Shown piece by piece: positions 28,359-39,766 of a stretch of DNA of 64,000 nt (within the stretch, counting starts at the first letter, position 1; every line of letters starts with the position of its first letter). A model generated the notes under the pieces. The model worked only from the letters and a program-made list of their open reading frames with translations, had not been told where the DNA came from and did no database searches. Source of the stretch: Lytechinus pictus (taxonomy: Eukaryota). A program made the position numbers and the translations under genes. The DNA is taken from assembly GCF_037042905.1 (NCBI RefSeq), contig NC_087248.1, positions 10,850,001 through 10,914,000 of the forward strand, written 5' to 3'.

Positions 28359-30473
28359 TTATTCGAGATAAATGCGTTGGATATTCCGGAGGGACCCCTC
28401 TGACGCAAACATCTTAACTTTCTCTTCTACACTGCCCTCATAGTACTCCTTGAACGCCAACGATTTGTTCCAGTAGTAGGAGCTCTGCCGATCACCAATG
28501 AAGGATTCTACCACTTGTTGGTTGTCGTAGTGAAGGAAATCATCTTCGCGATCGCATTCGGCATATTCTTGGTATTGGGTGGCACTTGATGTTTCACTAC
28601 TTGAGACCAGAGACGTGTTGTTGTCATCTGTACCCTGCGATGAATCTTCGTATACTCCAGAGTAGCCATCTGAACAACTGCCTTCAGGATCAACATCATC
28701 CTTCAGTTTCTTCAGCTCGCTAATATCTTGCTTCGGACGTGGTGGAAGAGGTTTGGCAGAGGACTTTCTGCGGACTGTGCAGTTGCGAGGCTGCTCATAG
28801 ACGGGCTCTTCAGAATTGCTGCATTTTGGGTTAGGGAAGATTCCTTGTTGAAGGTTTGTAAACTGAACTGTGTCCGGATGCCTGTTGAAGGGTAGCCGAC
28901 CTTGCCTCGTTGCCCTCTGTATGATCAGGACCAGTGATATGGAACACATCACAAGCACAAAGCCAACACTAACCGCAATCAGAAGCATCCAGAAGATATC
29001 CCAGAAGTCAAAGGAGGAATCTGCAGCTTTTGTAGGTTCACTTATTCGCAATCTGGAAGTTAAAGAGGCTGTAACTTTGGTGGTTAAGAGAGACAGTCTA
29101 GATACCTGAGATGATGTCTTCATAGGACTCCCAGTTGTAGCTCTGTCGACATTTGAAGTAAACGTACAGGACTTTCCTTTGACCGATGCTCCATTATTTA
29201 TTTCACACGTCACAACATGAGGGTCTCTTCCAGACAGAGAGTTATTTGGCAATTCATATAAGTCTCTCTGTAACCATGGCAATATTTCCTTCAGATTGCT
29301 GCTGTTGCTTTCCTGAACTGGATTTCCATCTAGGAACCATGTAAGGAAAAGACTCGTCTCATTTCTGTCAATGAATGCACAGGTAAAGTGATATACCCCT
29401 TTGGCGCGGGAGTGGAAGAGATATATCCCTGTGTCAATATCGGCTACACCATGCTGGTTTCTTGATGAACATTCGTTTCCAGAATTGATGAGAGGGCTAC
29501 CAAATATGATCTTCGACGTATTATGGGAAGTGCCGATTGTGTTCATTGCTGTACATGTAACATCGACACTAAAGTTTCTAAATCCAACGTGTGCTAGTGG
29601 TATGGAAATGTTCTGTTCAGTTGACCCGCAGGTAGAAAGGGCTCCCTCTGGTAAGCATAACCACCTGAATACATCTACTGGCGGATTAGCATCTACCAGA
29701 CACTGGAGAGATATTGATCTCGTCAAAGATGGTACCAGTATTTCAGAATATCTTGGGCTCACCTCAACTTTGGGTCGGTACAAGACCTCATATGGACCCA
29801 AAGAGCAGTTGGATTGGCGTCCTGGGAAGTTCGAGTTTGTCACGACGCAATGAATCATCTCCCCCTGAAGCCTTCGGTCAATGGTGACCATCCAAGACAA
29901 AGAACACACCTCCTGGGATAGAACTGTGTGATGAAGGGCTCTTCGGTTGGACTGCTCCCATGTCATGTCCAATGGGAGGTTGCATCCAGGTACCTCACAG
30001 CTAACAGTCACTGTGCTGCCAACTGCGACTGCGAGATCGTCTTGGGCATCGCAAATCAACTCTCCTTCTCCTGGAAAGTGCACAACATCCAACTCTCCGA
30101 AATCAGACGAAGCAATCATTATTCTATCTCCTCCCAAAAGTAAAAAGGTGCATCGGTATGCACCATCCAGGTCTCTAAGTGCCCCTTGGATGGTCAAGTT
30201 CGATGTGATCAAACCATTATTGAAATGCGTGTCAACATGGATGAATCCTTGAGGATAGAGAATCTCACTTTTTCTAGTTTCCCAAAATGATGTTGCAGTC
30301 TTTACGTCGGACCTGATTTGACATTGAAGGGTAATGTTTTTTCCTTCCTCTACGCTGTTGCTGCTTGGGTTAATATCAAATACAATAGAAGCATCACATT
30401 TATAACCGTATGGGGACAAAATGGTGTATATCAACAGGAGAGTTTGCAATGAGAATCCAAAAGACGATTGCAT
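28359..30473 (-). CDS. Type I membrane IgSF receptor A: signal peptide, 4 Ig-like domains, S/T stalk, TM, ~180-aa Tyr/Pro-rich tail; single coding exon
   Basis: 739-codon ORF from TTG at 30578. Likely start is MQSSFG at 30473; an alternative ATG lies at 30539. Ig motifs: EEGKNITLQC..W..SNLTI..DGAYRC; VTVSC..MTW..IHC; ISLQC..ANPP..FRW..VTCTAMNTIG; FTC..LTWFLDG..VTCEI. TM WMLLIAVSVGFVLVMCSISLVLII. Tail contains EPVYEQP, KPLPPRPK and GYSGVYED. Confidence 0.85.
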   Translation of the reverse strand: MQSSFGFSLQTLLLIYTILSPYGYKCDASIVFDINPSSNSVEEGKNITLQCQIRSDVKTATSFWETRKSEILYPQGFIHVDTHFNNGLITSNLTIQGALRDLDGAYRCTFLLLGGDRIMIASSDFGELDVVHFPGEGELICDAQDDLAVAVGSTVTVSCEVPGCNLPLDMTWEQSNRRALHHTVLSQEVCSLSWMVTIDRRLQGEMIHCVVTNSNFPGRQSNCSLGPYEVLYRPKVEVSPRYSEILVPSLTRSISLQCLVDANPPVDVFRWLCLPEGALSTCGSTEQNISIPLAHVGFRNFSVDVTCTAMNTIGTSHNTSKIIFGSPLINSGNECSSRNQHGVADIDTGIYLFHSRAKGVYHFTCAFIDRNETSLFLTWFLDGNPVQESNSSNLKEILPWLQRDLYELPNNSLSGRDPHVVTCEINNGASVKGKSCTFTSNVDRATTGSPMKTSSQVSRLSLLTTKVTASLTSRLRISEPTKAADSSFDFWDIFWMLLIAVSVGFVLVMCSISLVLIIQRATRQGRLPFNRHPDTVQFTNLQQGIFPNPKCSNSEEPVYEQPRNCTVRRKSSAKPLPPRPKQDISELKKLKDDVDPEGSCSDGYSGVYEDSSQGTDDNNTSLVSSSETSSATQYQEYAECDREDDFLHYDNQQVVESFIGDRQSSYYWNKSLAFKEYYEGSVEEKVKMFASEGSLRNIQRIYLE

Positions 30474-30894
30474 TCTTCTAATTTTGCAATTCAAGCTAAA
30501 ACAATTGAACACTGCTTTTCCTAGAGTTTTCGCCATCATCAAACAAAGTGTTAAGAGCCAAATAAACGGTTCCGTCAATATTCTGTAAAACTTAAGTTAA
30601 GTTCATTCTCTATACGAGGAAGATGTACCATGGCGATGATGAAAAAAAAAATCGTCAAATTTCCACTGACCAAACTCGCTAGGAATATTTCATTCTCTCC
30701 TCGAAACTCTTTCAAGTGGAAATAAGCTGAACCCAAAAGAGATTGATGGAGGTTTGAAACCGATCTTCCCCATAAAACTGTTTTGAAGTTCTGCATATTG
30801 ATTAGTTTTTATGGCGATGACCATTCTATTTTGATTTATTGGTACCATACCAGTTTCAAAACAAGATCAACGTCAGACGTTGATTAAAAGCTTA

Positions 30895-31090
30895 GATTAA
30901 TAGCTCAGTCGGTAGAGCGGGGGATTCGTATTCCGGTGACCCGGGTTCGATTCACACTTGGTGCGCTATTGCCCTTTGGTAAGGCATTAATCCTCATTAC
31001 CAGGTCCTTCGGAGAGGACCTTAAGCCGTCGGTCCTCTGGTTGCTTGCTTACAAGCATTCATGCTTTCTTAGCAATCAGGTAAAAAATCC
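30895..31090 (+). mobile_element. tRNA-derived SINE
   Basis: A box tagctcagtcgg and B box ggttcgattc, followed by a non-tRNA body (gccctttggtaaggcatta...). Confidence 0.7.
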
Positions 31091-32535
31091 CAACCAATAT
31101 ATTACCTAAACATTTCGGATGGCCGTATCGGAAAGTCGATGCATTGTGACATTGAATGGTGTTTACATTAATTGAACATACGTAAAAAATAAGTAGTGTA
31201 TATTTTAACGAAGGAAACAAACATACGGTACACGAAAATGCATGCAGACGGGGCCGCACTGCCTACATTTTGCACAAATTGAAATATTAAGCGCTTATTT
31301 TTTTCGAAGCCGTTCGAACTGCGTTATTTCTTTTATACCTTTATTTTTAAATTGTTCTCTTTATATGGGTGTCTATTTCTTGCAACCATAGGAAATTTTA
31401 ATAGTTGTTATGCCAAATTCAAAGTCAAGGCGTATGCCCAACTTTCCACCTTTTAGTGTGAAAACGAGCATTTCTTGTTGCAAATAATGATAAAAAGGTG
31501 CTTTTTTGCACCTTTTTCACTTATAGGGTGCAAAATACAACTCCATAAGGTTGGTACAAGTGCCATTTAAGGTTGAAAAAATTGTGTATAATGTTTTATC
31601 GTGAAATTTGAAAGAAGTTGAAAAGTGTCAGAAAAAATTGCCCCCCCCCCCTCCAAACGAAAATATGTTCAGAGCCGCCCCTGCTTTTACTTTTTAAATG
31701 TATGTTAATCTAATTTGTAAAATATTCACGCACAAACACTCTGTATGGGTTATGCTTTTTCAACTGGTTAAGTTTTTTTTTTTTTTTTTTTTTTTGGGGG
31801 GGGGTTGTTGTCCATTTAAAAAAAAAACATCTTTCTCATCACAAAATAAGAGATTAAAAAAAAGTGCAGCATATTTTTCATTTAGAGAAAATCATAGGTG
31901 ATCGATCGTGTACGTGTACATGCAGTGGATCTTATGCGTGTATCCGGTGCGTTGGTGTACAAACAAATGGTGCCAAACAACACGGAGGCAGTGCGCGCGC
32001 ACACTGGACATAATTTTCAATAAGCTAGGGAGCGAGTTACGGTATAGCATGAGTTTACAGTTTAAGACCTTAACAACCCTTTCTGGCAAAGTCCAAAACT
32101 TCATGAAGATAGACAAGACATACACCCTTGTATAGTTGTAATAAATTATGTATTTTGCTGTTCGTTTGTACTTGTGCTTGCGATTTGATAAATGTGTTCC
32201 AAAATATTAACGAAATTAATGAAATTGCTAGTCGAAACCATATGGTATAAAATGTAGTTAACCTGTCTACAATTCAATAAAAAGTCATTTAACTTAGATC
32301 ACTTTCTCAAGAGTGGAAAATGTTCTCTCACTAATTTACACACTCCAATTTTATCAGTAATGCGTATCGTGCATACACAGAGGGACTAGATCTTTCATCA
32401 TCCGAGTCAAATTTTGACAAATAATAGAATCTGCATTATCTAATTTGAAGGTAGGGGAGAAAACTAATTATTACGATTGTTGAATTTAATTGTACGAATG
32501 TGCCAGATTGCAACATCAGCGCGCAAAGGTTTAAA

Positions 32536-32690
32536 GGTGATGTGGCCGAGTGGTCTAGGCGCCTGGCTGACACTTGAAAGCCCGCGGTTCGATCCCCGGC
32601 CACAGCACCTCAGTCTTCCCGAGAGCAGTGCATTTAATTGACTTTGCTCTTTTATCCTGTATTCAAATAAATGGAAATGCTATATGCATT
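32536..32690 (+). mobile_element. tRNA-derived SINE
   Basis: A box tggccgagtgg and B box ggttcgatccc, followed by a non-tRNA body. Confidence 0.65.
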
Positions 32691-33419
32691 TTTTTATAAA
32701 TGTTTGTTAACATTGATTTTATCGAGAACATCATTAACAATCAACTAAAAAACACGTAATTCGTGTGAAAAGACCCTTTCACAACCTGACCATGCATCAT
32801 AGGGAAGTTACAAATTGATGCAGAGGTTCGAGGTTCGAACCCTGGTCACGTCTTTCGGATGGTGACGTTAAAGGTCGGTCCCAGACGTAAATAATCATAT
32901 ATGATTGATACACTTCTGACAAAAACTCAAATACATACATACATGACCATGGCAACATTTGTGACTAATTGGTGACATAATATTTTGCACAAGATACGAA
33001 TAGATAAATGACACTGCCACCTCCAAATTCCCTTTTGGGGCGCCCACATCGTCCCAAAAGCCGACCCCAATCCACTCATCACAACAAATCATATAGTTGT
33101 TATCAATCATTACAAACATACCCTTCGATCCTCGTTGAGAGAAAAACAAATCATATTCAATATTTACAATCTTAATCTTACAAATACCATAATTTTGCAT
33201 ATCTTAGTCAAACATCAAAGTTCGCCATGAAATCTGTAAGTGCTCTTTAGATTTTCACGTGATTGTTATGACGAAATGACACCGACATGGAATTGGAGGG
33301 AAATGGATTTTGACATTATACAAGATACTACTCAAGGGATCTATGTGTTCACAGTCATGAAAATCATATATCAATCACAGTGAGTTGGGATACTCATTTT
33401 AGAGGCTTCAAATTAGACG

Positions 33420-34938
33420 ATGGTATGTATTTCTTTTTCTTCTATATTTCTGCATCAAATAAAATATTGTAATTGATAGTCAAATCTGTGAAGACCATTT
33501 TATCAACCACTGTTACCCCTACTTGTTTTCTGTATCTGTAGCTGAAAAGTTAAATCATTCCATATTGGTATAATTGTATTCTTGCTCAATAAACCTAGTT
33601 CAGAGGTTATCGCTTGCACGTATATGTATATATGTTTGTTTCATTATAATTCAGCAAATTAAAATCGGAGAAAGACGGAGAAAAACGAAATATCAAATAA
33701 AACAGCATTCCTAAGACGTTGCCATATAACACCATCGGTTATTCATGATTCACTATAGGGTTTTATCTTAGCCATATCTGTATCTCAATTTTAGTTTTTG
33801 TTAAGTATCTATGCTGATCAGTGATTTTCTCAATTATGAACTACAATCCACTCCATTTCTCCTATTTCAGGAACGTCGTCATTATCAGCATGCACTGGTT
33901 TCAAGGAATTCCTTTTTGTGTCACAAAATCGTTACCATGGTTACTGTCTTTATCATCATATCAGTCAATCTGAGACAAACTGTTGTCGCTGATGAGGTAT
34001 TCCGTCTCGGGAATGATGCAATTATCGAATTTTCGTATTTATTTACTGATGATTATAAACACTGTTGGGAGATCTTTAGAGTGGGCATCAGTGATCCGTT
34101 CAATATCAATGGAACTATGAAACCAGATGCTCTGAATCCCTCACAAAGAGAGCGATTTACTGTTAGCGCTATGTGGGGGACAGATTATTTGGGTGCTCAT
34201 CTGCATATTCGCAACATCACGAAATTAGACAGAGGTGTATATATATGGGCTGTGAAGAGCCATGGGAGTGGAGTAGAACCCTCGGTCTCAACATTTGATG
34301 TATTTGTAGATGTTATAGTACCACCGGGAAGAGCACGATGTGTAATACGTCTATCAGTTTATTCATCTAACTGGCGTGAAGTTCATTGCGTCGCAACAGT
34401 AGAAAGTGATAGATATGATGGAGGGGTACAGCTCGTCTGTTACCAGGATAGCGAGAAGGCAACATTTCAGAGTGCACCTCTTGAAACATCAACCCATGTG
34501 AAGGGTGTATTTTGGATGAATGCAAAGCAAGCTATTAGGTGCTGTTCGCATGAAGGTAACTTCGTGAAGGTTCCAGGAGATTGCAATGACTTTATAAAAG
34601 ACGCCCTCATTCATGTCATTGAACCTGATGTTAGACGATCGACGACAAGAGTACCGCTCTCAACAACTTTCAACTTCGTAATTGATCGTGAAAAAACTTG
34701 GTCTGTGTCACCCAATGAGAATGAAATTACCAGTTACTCTGCTACATCTAAAGTAGAAACTGATTCCTCCAATCAATGCGTTTGTCCAAAAAATATTCCA
34801 AAATATTCTTTCTACATACCCTTGATCATGTTGATAGTGACATTTATTTTATTAATAATTTCCTTCGTTTTTAATATGAAATTCGTGTTAAAAAATAAAA
34901 ATAAAACGGGACTCGAGCACAACAAAATTAACAAGTGA
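33420..34938 (+). CDS. Short IgSF membrane protein C: signal peptide, disulfide-less V-like domain, Cys-rich second domain, stalk, TM, short basic tail
   Basis: Predicted exon 1 ends with ATG at 33420-33422, followed by GTATGT. Acceptor tttcag|GAA at 33871 is in frame with ORF 33811-34938. Motifs FRLGNDAIIEF..W..RERFTVS..LHIRNITKLDRGVYIW. TM YSFYIPLIMLIVTFILLIISFVF. Confidence 0.8.
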
Positions 34939-36310
34939 ACCAACCGACGTGATGCTGAAGGTATATTCCACCATACGACTACGTATAGTTTTTCCAGAAC
35001 CCTATATTAACTATTATTTCGTAATGGAATGAGCTATCAGGAACAGAACAGTGTTCAATCTCCCCGAAACCTTTAACGGCCATTTTCTTCTATTCTGCAG
35101 CTTTCAAATAACCTACTGTACGCTGCGCATGCTGATATTATATGGCATTCCGGGTATGGCATCCGTCATCCGTTCTTCTGCTGCCATGGCTGCCCTAAGA
35201 ATGTTTTCATCAACATTTGAGCTTCATTCTATTTCAGTGACTATAGTACTACATTCTACCTTCATGGCCTGAGAAACAAAAAAAGCTTGATATAGCTGCG
35301 CTATCTTGGAGTTTACAAAATGGCTACCGCAAATACGGTTTCCTTATTCAACCGCCTCTCATTAGCATGGTGATCGTGGTGATAAGATTTTTTCAGCCAA
35401 AGTTCCCCTTCGTTACCTCTTTCATCAAAACAGTGAAGTGTCTTTAGAAGAGACGACTTGAAAATGAACCTTTAAAAAGTAATAACCTTTTCATCAAAGA
35501 GAACACTAACCAACAACGCAAGTCTTGTTCTCACGAATCACACTCCTAAATAATGTCTTATTTATTTGAGGGCCTACATTTATGGTGAAATCTATAATCC
35601 TTTTCACGTATCCCGGTATAGCAATTTATTTAAAAACAAGTTGCGGTGTATTTTATTTATTTTTATGAATAAAAAAATCAAAGAAATAATAAAATTAAGT
35701 AATTGAAGAGATGTAAAGCACGACGAATTCGTTTTGATCACTTTCTTCTTTGAAAATCGGCATCATAATATTTGTGCCCACCAATTTTTGCAAACTTTAT
35801 GTAAATGGACAGTGCATGCACACTCGTAACTTTTGGTTTTCAATAAAACTGACAACTCATAGAAAAGATCGAATCCTTATAACAAATGTCCGAATATAAA
35901 TATCCCCATTTTGTAAATATCTAAATCGCCAGGACTTTCACAAAGTATAATCTGTTTATGGGACAGATTTTTTCATTCTTTCTGAGTGCAAATCTGATAA
36001 TAAAACTGATTTTCTGAAACGTGTGTGTGTGTGTGTTTATGATCACGAAATTGCCTCTTTTTGCGAAGTAATTGTGAGCGTAATGTGGGTTGTGACCAAA
36101 TTATCTACATTCATATGGATGAGTGCTTAAGTGTTAAGAAAACAGTGAGCGTGAAGTTGATTTGAACGTGCGAGAGTATGATAGTGGGTGGGTGCATTAT
36201 GTATGTCAGATATAGGTATACATTTCCATAATTCAAGAGGGCGCTGTTGGACATACGCGCTCGCTTCAAGCGGCGCCAGCTTGCTGTCCATTGAAACTAT
36301 ACGTCGCTTA

Positions 36311-36475
36311 TACCTTGGTCACATTTGTTCTACGGCGGCCGTACGGCGAGTCGAAAACAGCCGTTTTATTGGTTTTAATTCAAACCACCTATATGTAGTT
36401 GGAAAAAAAATGTTAAAAAACGGCTGTTTTCGACTCGCCGTACGGCCGCCGTAGAGCAAATGTGTGACCAAGGTA
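36311..36475. mobile_element. Palindromic MITE (copies at 38879-39043 and 43400-43557)
   Basis: taccttggtcacatttg..tacggcggccgtacggcgagtcgaaaacagccg is mirrored at the right end. Confidence 0.8.
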
Positions 36476-36655
36476 TTACGCAGATGCTCATTAGAGGTAT
36501 TTTCTGATTACATACAATCATGCATCAAAAGTTGTGGCTCTTTAATTTCAGCAATACAATCGTTTGCATGGTTTGGGTAGAAATGAAAAACATCACATCT
36601 TTCGCTTTTTATTTCAATGTTTACAGAAACAACGATCGGTTTCCCTCTCCGCACC

Positions 36656-39240
36656 CCCGGGGGGGGGGGGGGGGGGGGCACGTGCCTCCTATGCCCCCCC
36701 CCCCTGGATCCGCGCCTGCATGAAACGCTCCCCTGAACAGAATTGAGGAATGAAACAACCCCGATCTATTTATTTTTTTCATTGGGGAAAAGGGAAGTTG
36801 TATAATGATTTCAATATCAAAACTATATGAAGCTTGACATCTAATCCCATCTTATTCGAGATAAATGCGTTGGATATTCCGGACGGGAGGGACCCCTCTG
36901 ACGCAAACATCTTAACTTTCTCTTCTACACTGCCCTCATAGAACTCCTTGAATGCCAACGATTTGTTCCAGTTGTAGGAGCTCTGCCGATCACCAATGAA
37001 GGATTCTACCACTTGTTGGTTGTCATAGTGAAGGAAATCATCTTCGCGATCGCATTCGGCATATTCTTGGTATTGGGTGGCACTTGATGTTTCACTACTT
37101 GAGACCAGAGACGTGTTGTTGTCATCTGTACCCTGCGATGAATCTTCGTATACTCCAGAGTAGCCATCTGAACAACTGCCTTCAGGATCAACATCATCCT
37201 TCAGTTTCTTCAGCTCGCTAATATCTTGCTTCGGACGTGGTGGAAGAGGTTTGGCAGAGGACTTTCTGCGGACTGTGCAGTTGCGAGGCTGCTCATAGAC
37301 GGGCTCTTCAGAATTGCTGCATTTTGGGTTAGGGAAGATTCCTTGTTGAAGGTTTGTAAACTGAACTGTGTCCGGATGCCTGTTAAAGGGTAGCCGACCT
37401 TGCCTCGTTGCCCTCTGTATGATCAGGACCAGTGATATGGAACACATCACAAGCACAAAGCCAACACTAACCGCAATCAGAAGCATTGTTAAAAAATAAA
37501 AATAAAACGGGACTCGAGCACAACAAAATTAACAAGTGAACCGACGGGATGCTGAAGGTCTATTCCACTATACGACTACGTATAGTTTTTCCAGAACCCT
37601 TTGTTAACTATTATTTCGTAATGGAATGAGCAATCAGTAACAGCACAGTGTTCAATCTCCCCGTCACATTTAACGGCCGTTTTCTTCAATTCTACAGCTT
37701 TCAATTAGCCTACGTTGCACATGCTGATATTATATGGCATTCCGGGTATGGCATCCGTCATCCGTTCTTCTGCTGCCTTATATAAGAATGATTTTATCAA
37801 CATTTGAGCTTCATTCTATTTCAGTGACTATAGTACTACATTCTACCTTCATGGCCTGAGAAACAGAAAAAGCTTGATATAGCTGCGCTATCTTGGAGTT
37901 TACAAAATGGCTACCGCAAATACGGTTTCCTTATTCAACCGCCTCTCATTAGCATGGTGATCGTGGTGATAAGATTTTTTCAGCCAAAGTTCCCCTTCGT
38001 TACCTCTTTCATCAAAACAGTGGAATGTCTTTAGAAGAGACGACTTGAAAATGAACCTTTAACAAGTAATAACCTTTTCATCAAAGAGAACACTAACCAA
38101 CAACGCAAGTCTTGCTCTCACGAATCACACTCCTAAATAATGTCTTATTTATTTTAGGGCCTATACATTTATGGTGAAATCTATAATCCTTTCCACGTAT
38201 CCCGGTATAGCAATTTATTTAGAAACAAGTTGCGGTGTATTTTATTTATTTTTATGAATAAAAAAATCAAAGAAATTATAAAATTAAGAAATTGAAGAGA
38301 TGTAAAGCACGACGAATTCGTTTTTATCACTTTCTTCTTTGAAAATCGGCATCATAATATTTGTGCCCACCAATTTTTTCAAACTTTATGTAAATGGACA
38401 GTGCATGGTTTTCAATAAAACTGACAACTCATAGAAAAGATCGAATCCTTATAACAAATGTCCGAATATAAATATCCCCATTTTGTAAATATCTAAATCG
38501 CCAGGACTTTCACAAAGTATAATCTGTTTATGGGACAGATTTTTTCATTCTTTCTGAGTGCAAATCTGATAATAAAACTGATTTTCTGAAACGTGTGTGT
38601 GTGTTTATGATCACGAAATTGCCTCTTTTTGCGAAGTAATTGTGAGCGTAATGTGGGTTGTGACCAAATTATCTACATTCATATGGATGAGTGCTTAAGT
38701 GTTAAGAAAACAGTGAGCGTGAAGTTGATTTGAACGTGCGAGAGTATGATAGTGGGTGGGTGCATTATGTATGTCAGATATAGGTATACATTTCCATAAT
38801 TCAAGAGGGCGCTGTTGGACATACGCGCTCGCTTCAAGCGGCGCCAGCTTGCTGTCCATTGAAACTATACGTCGCTTATACCTTGGTCACATTTGTTCTA
38901 CGGCGGCCGTACGGCGAGTCGAAAACAGCCGTTTTATTGATTTTAATTCAAACCACCTATATGTAGTTGGAAAAAAAATGTTAAAAAACGGCTGTTTTCG
39001 ACTCGCCGTACGGCCGCCGTAGAGCAAATGTGTGACCAAGGTATTACGCAGATGCTCATTAGAGGTATTTTCTGATTACATACAATCATGCATCAAAAGT
39101 TGTGGCTCTTTAATTTCAGCAATACAATCGTTTGCATGGTTTGGGTAGAAATGAAAAACATCACATCTTTCGCTTTTTATTTCAATGTTTACAGAAACAA
39201 CGATCGGTTTCCCTCTCCGCACCCCCCGGGGGGGGGGGGG
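36656..39240. repeat. Young tandem duplicate of ~28176-36660 carrying a 5.9-kb internal deletion
   Basis: 36660-37486 matches 28176-28988, and 37487-39240 matches 34886-36660. Junction agaagcat|tgttaaaa. Confidence 0.9.
36779..37486 (-). pseudogene. Truncated copy of receptor A (TM plus cytoplasmic tail only), open 235-codon ORF
   Basis: Near-identical to the last ~209 codons of receptor A. The ectodomain is deleted, and a 4-bp insertion near 36882 alters the C-terminus. Confidence 0.75.
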
Positions 39241-39766
39241 CACTCGACCAAAAAAGTAGTGGGTATGTGCCGCAGGCGAGACAAAAAACGGGGGCCTTGG
39301 AGCGGGCTTATTGTAAAAAGGAGGGTCCTCGAAACGGGCATCGGAACGACAAATGTTTGTGAAAACGGGGGTCCTTGGAACGGGTCGCTTGCGTGTGCAT
39401 CCCTATGGAACGGGCGTACGTGTATATGCAGCTATCCCAGCGGCACGGGCGCCGGGTGCGCTCGCGCAGAGGCGATGGTCGGACAGCGCTCACCGGCCGC
39501 TTTTCACCAAAATTGCAGCTCATTGTGGCGGATCAATGCGACCGGAACGGCGTAACGAATAATATGCGAAGCTTGGGAGCGGATTTCTCTCTTCTTTTCT
39601 CTCGATAAGAAGAAAATGCTATGCTTCGGAGCGGCTTTCTTAGTTCTTTTTCTTAATAAGATGAAAATGCTATGCCCTGGAACGGAAATTTGGGTGTAAA
39701 AATGGGGGTCCCCTCCGCGGCACATACCCACTATGCATTATATACTGAGTGCCCCCCCCCCCCGGG
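39225..39766. mobile_element. hAT-like non-autonomous element with CCCGGG-polyG TIRs
   Basis: cccggg(g)n-cactc..agtgggtatgtgccgc / gcggcacatacccact..gagtg(c)n-cccggg. TSD tccgcacc on both sides. Confidence 0.8.

Noticed and set aside
28359-28900. Canonical ITIM/ITAM in the receptor tails
   Set aside because: Many tyrosines are present, but I found no clean (S/I/V/L)xYxx(I/V/L) or paired YxxL-x6-8-YxxL match, so inhibitory or activating polarity is not claimed.
29401-30252. Plus-strand ORFs overlapping receptor A (similarly 47151-48500 and 60026-60723)
   Set aside because: Antisense shadows of real coding sequences.
30895-30970. Possible tRNA gene (also 32536 and 53069)
   Set aside because: A and B boxes are present but there is no complete cloverleaf, and each continues into a SINE body.
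36188-36454. Duplicated 88-aa ORF (also 38756-39022)
   Set aside because: Runs through a palindromic MITE, and its identity simply reflects the young segmental duplication.
39088-39731. Several overlapping GC-rich ORFs
   Set aside because: They lie within a non-autonomous transposon and show no transposase motifs.
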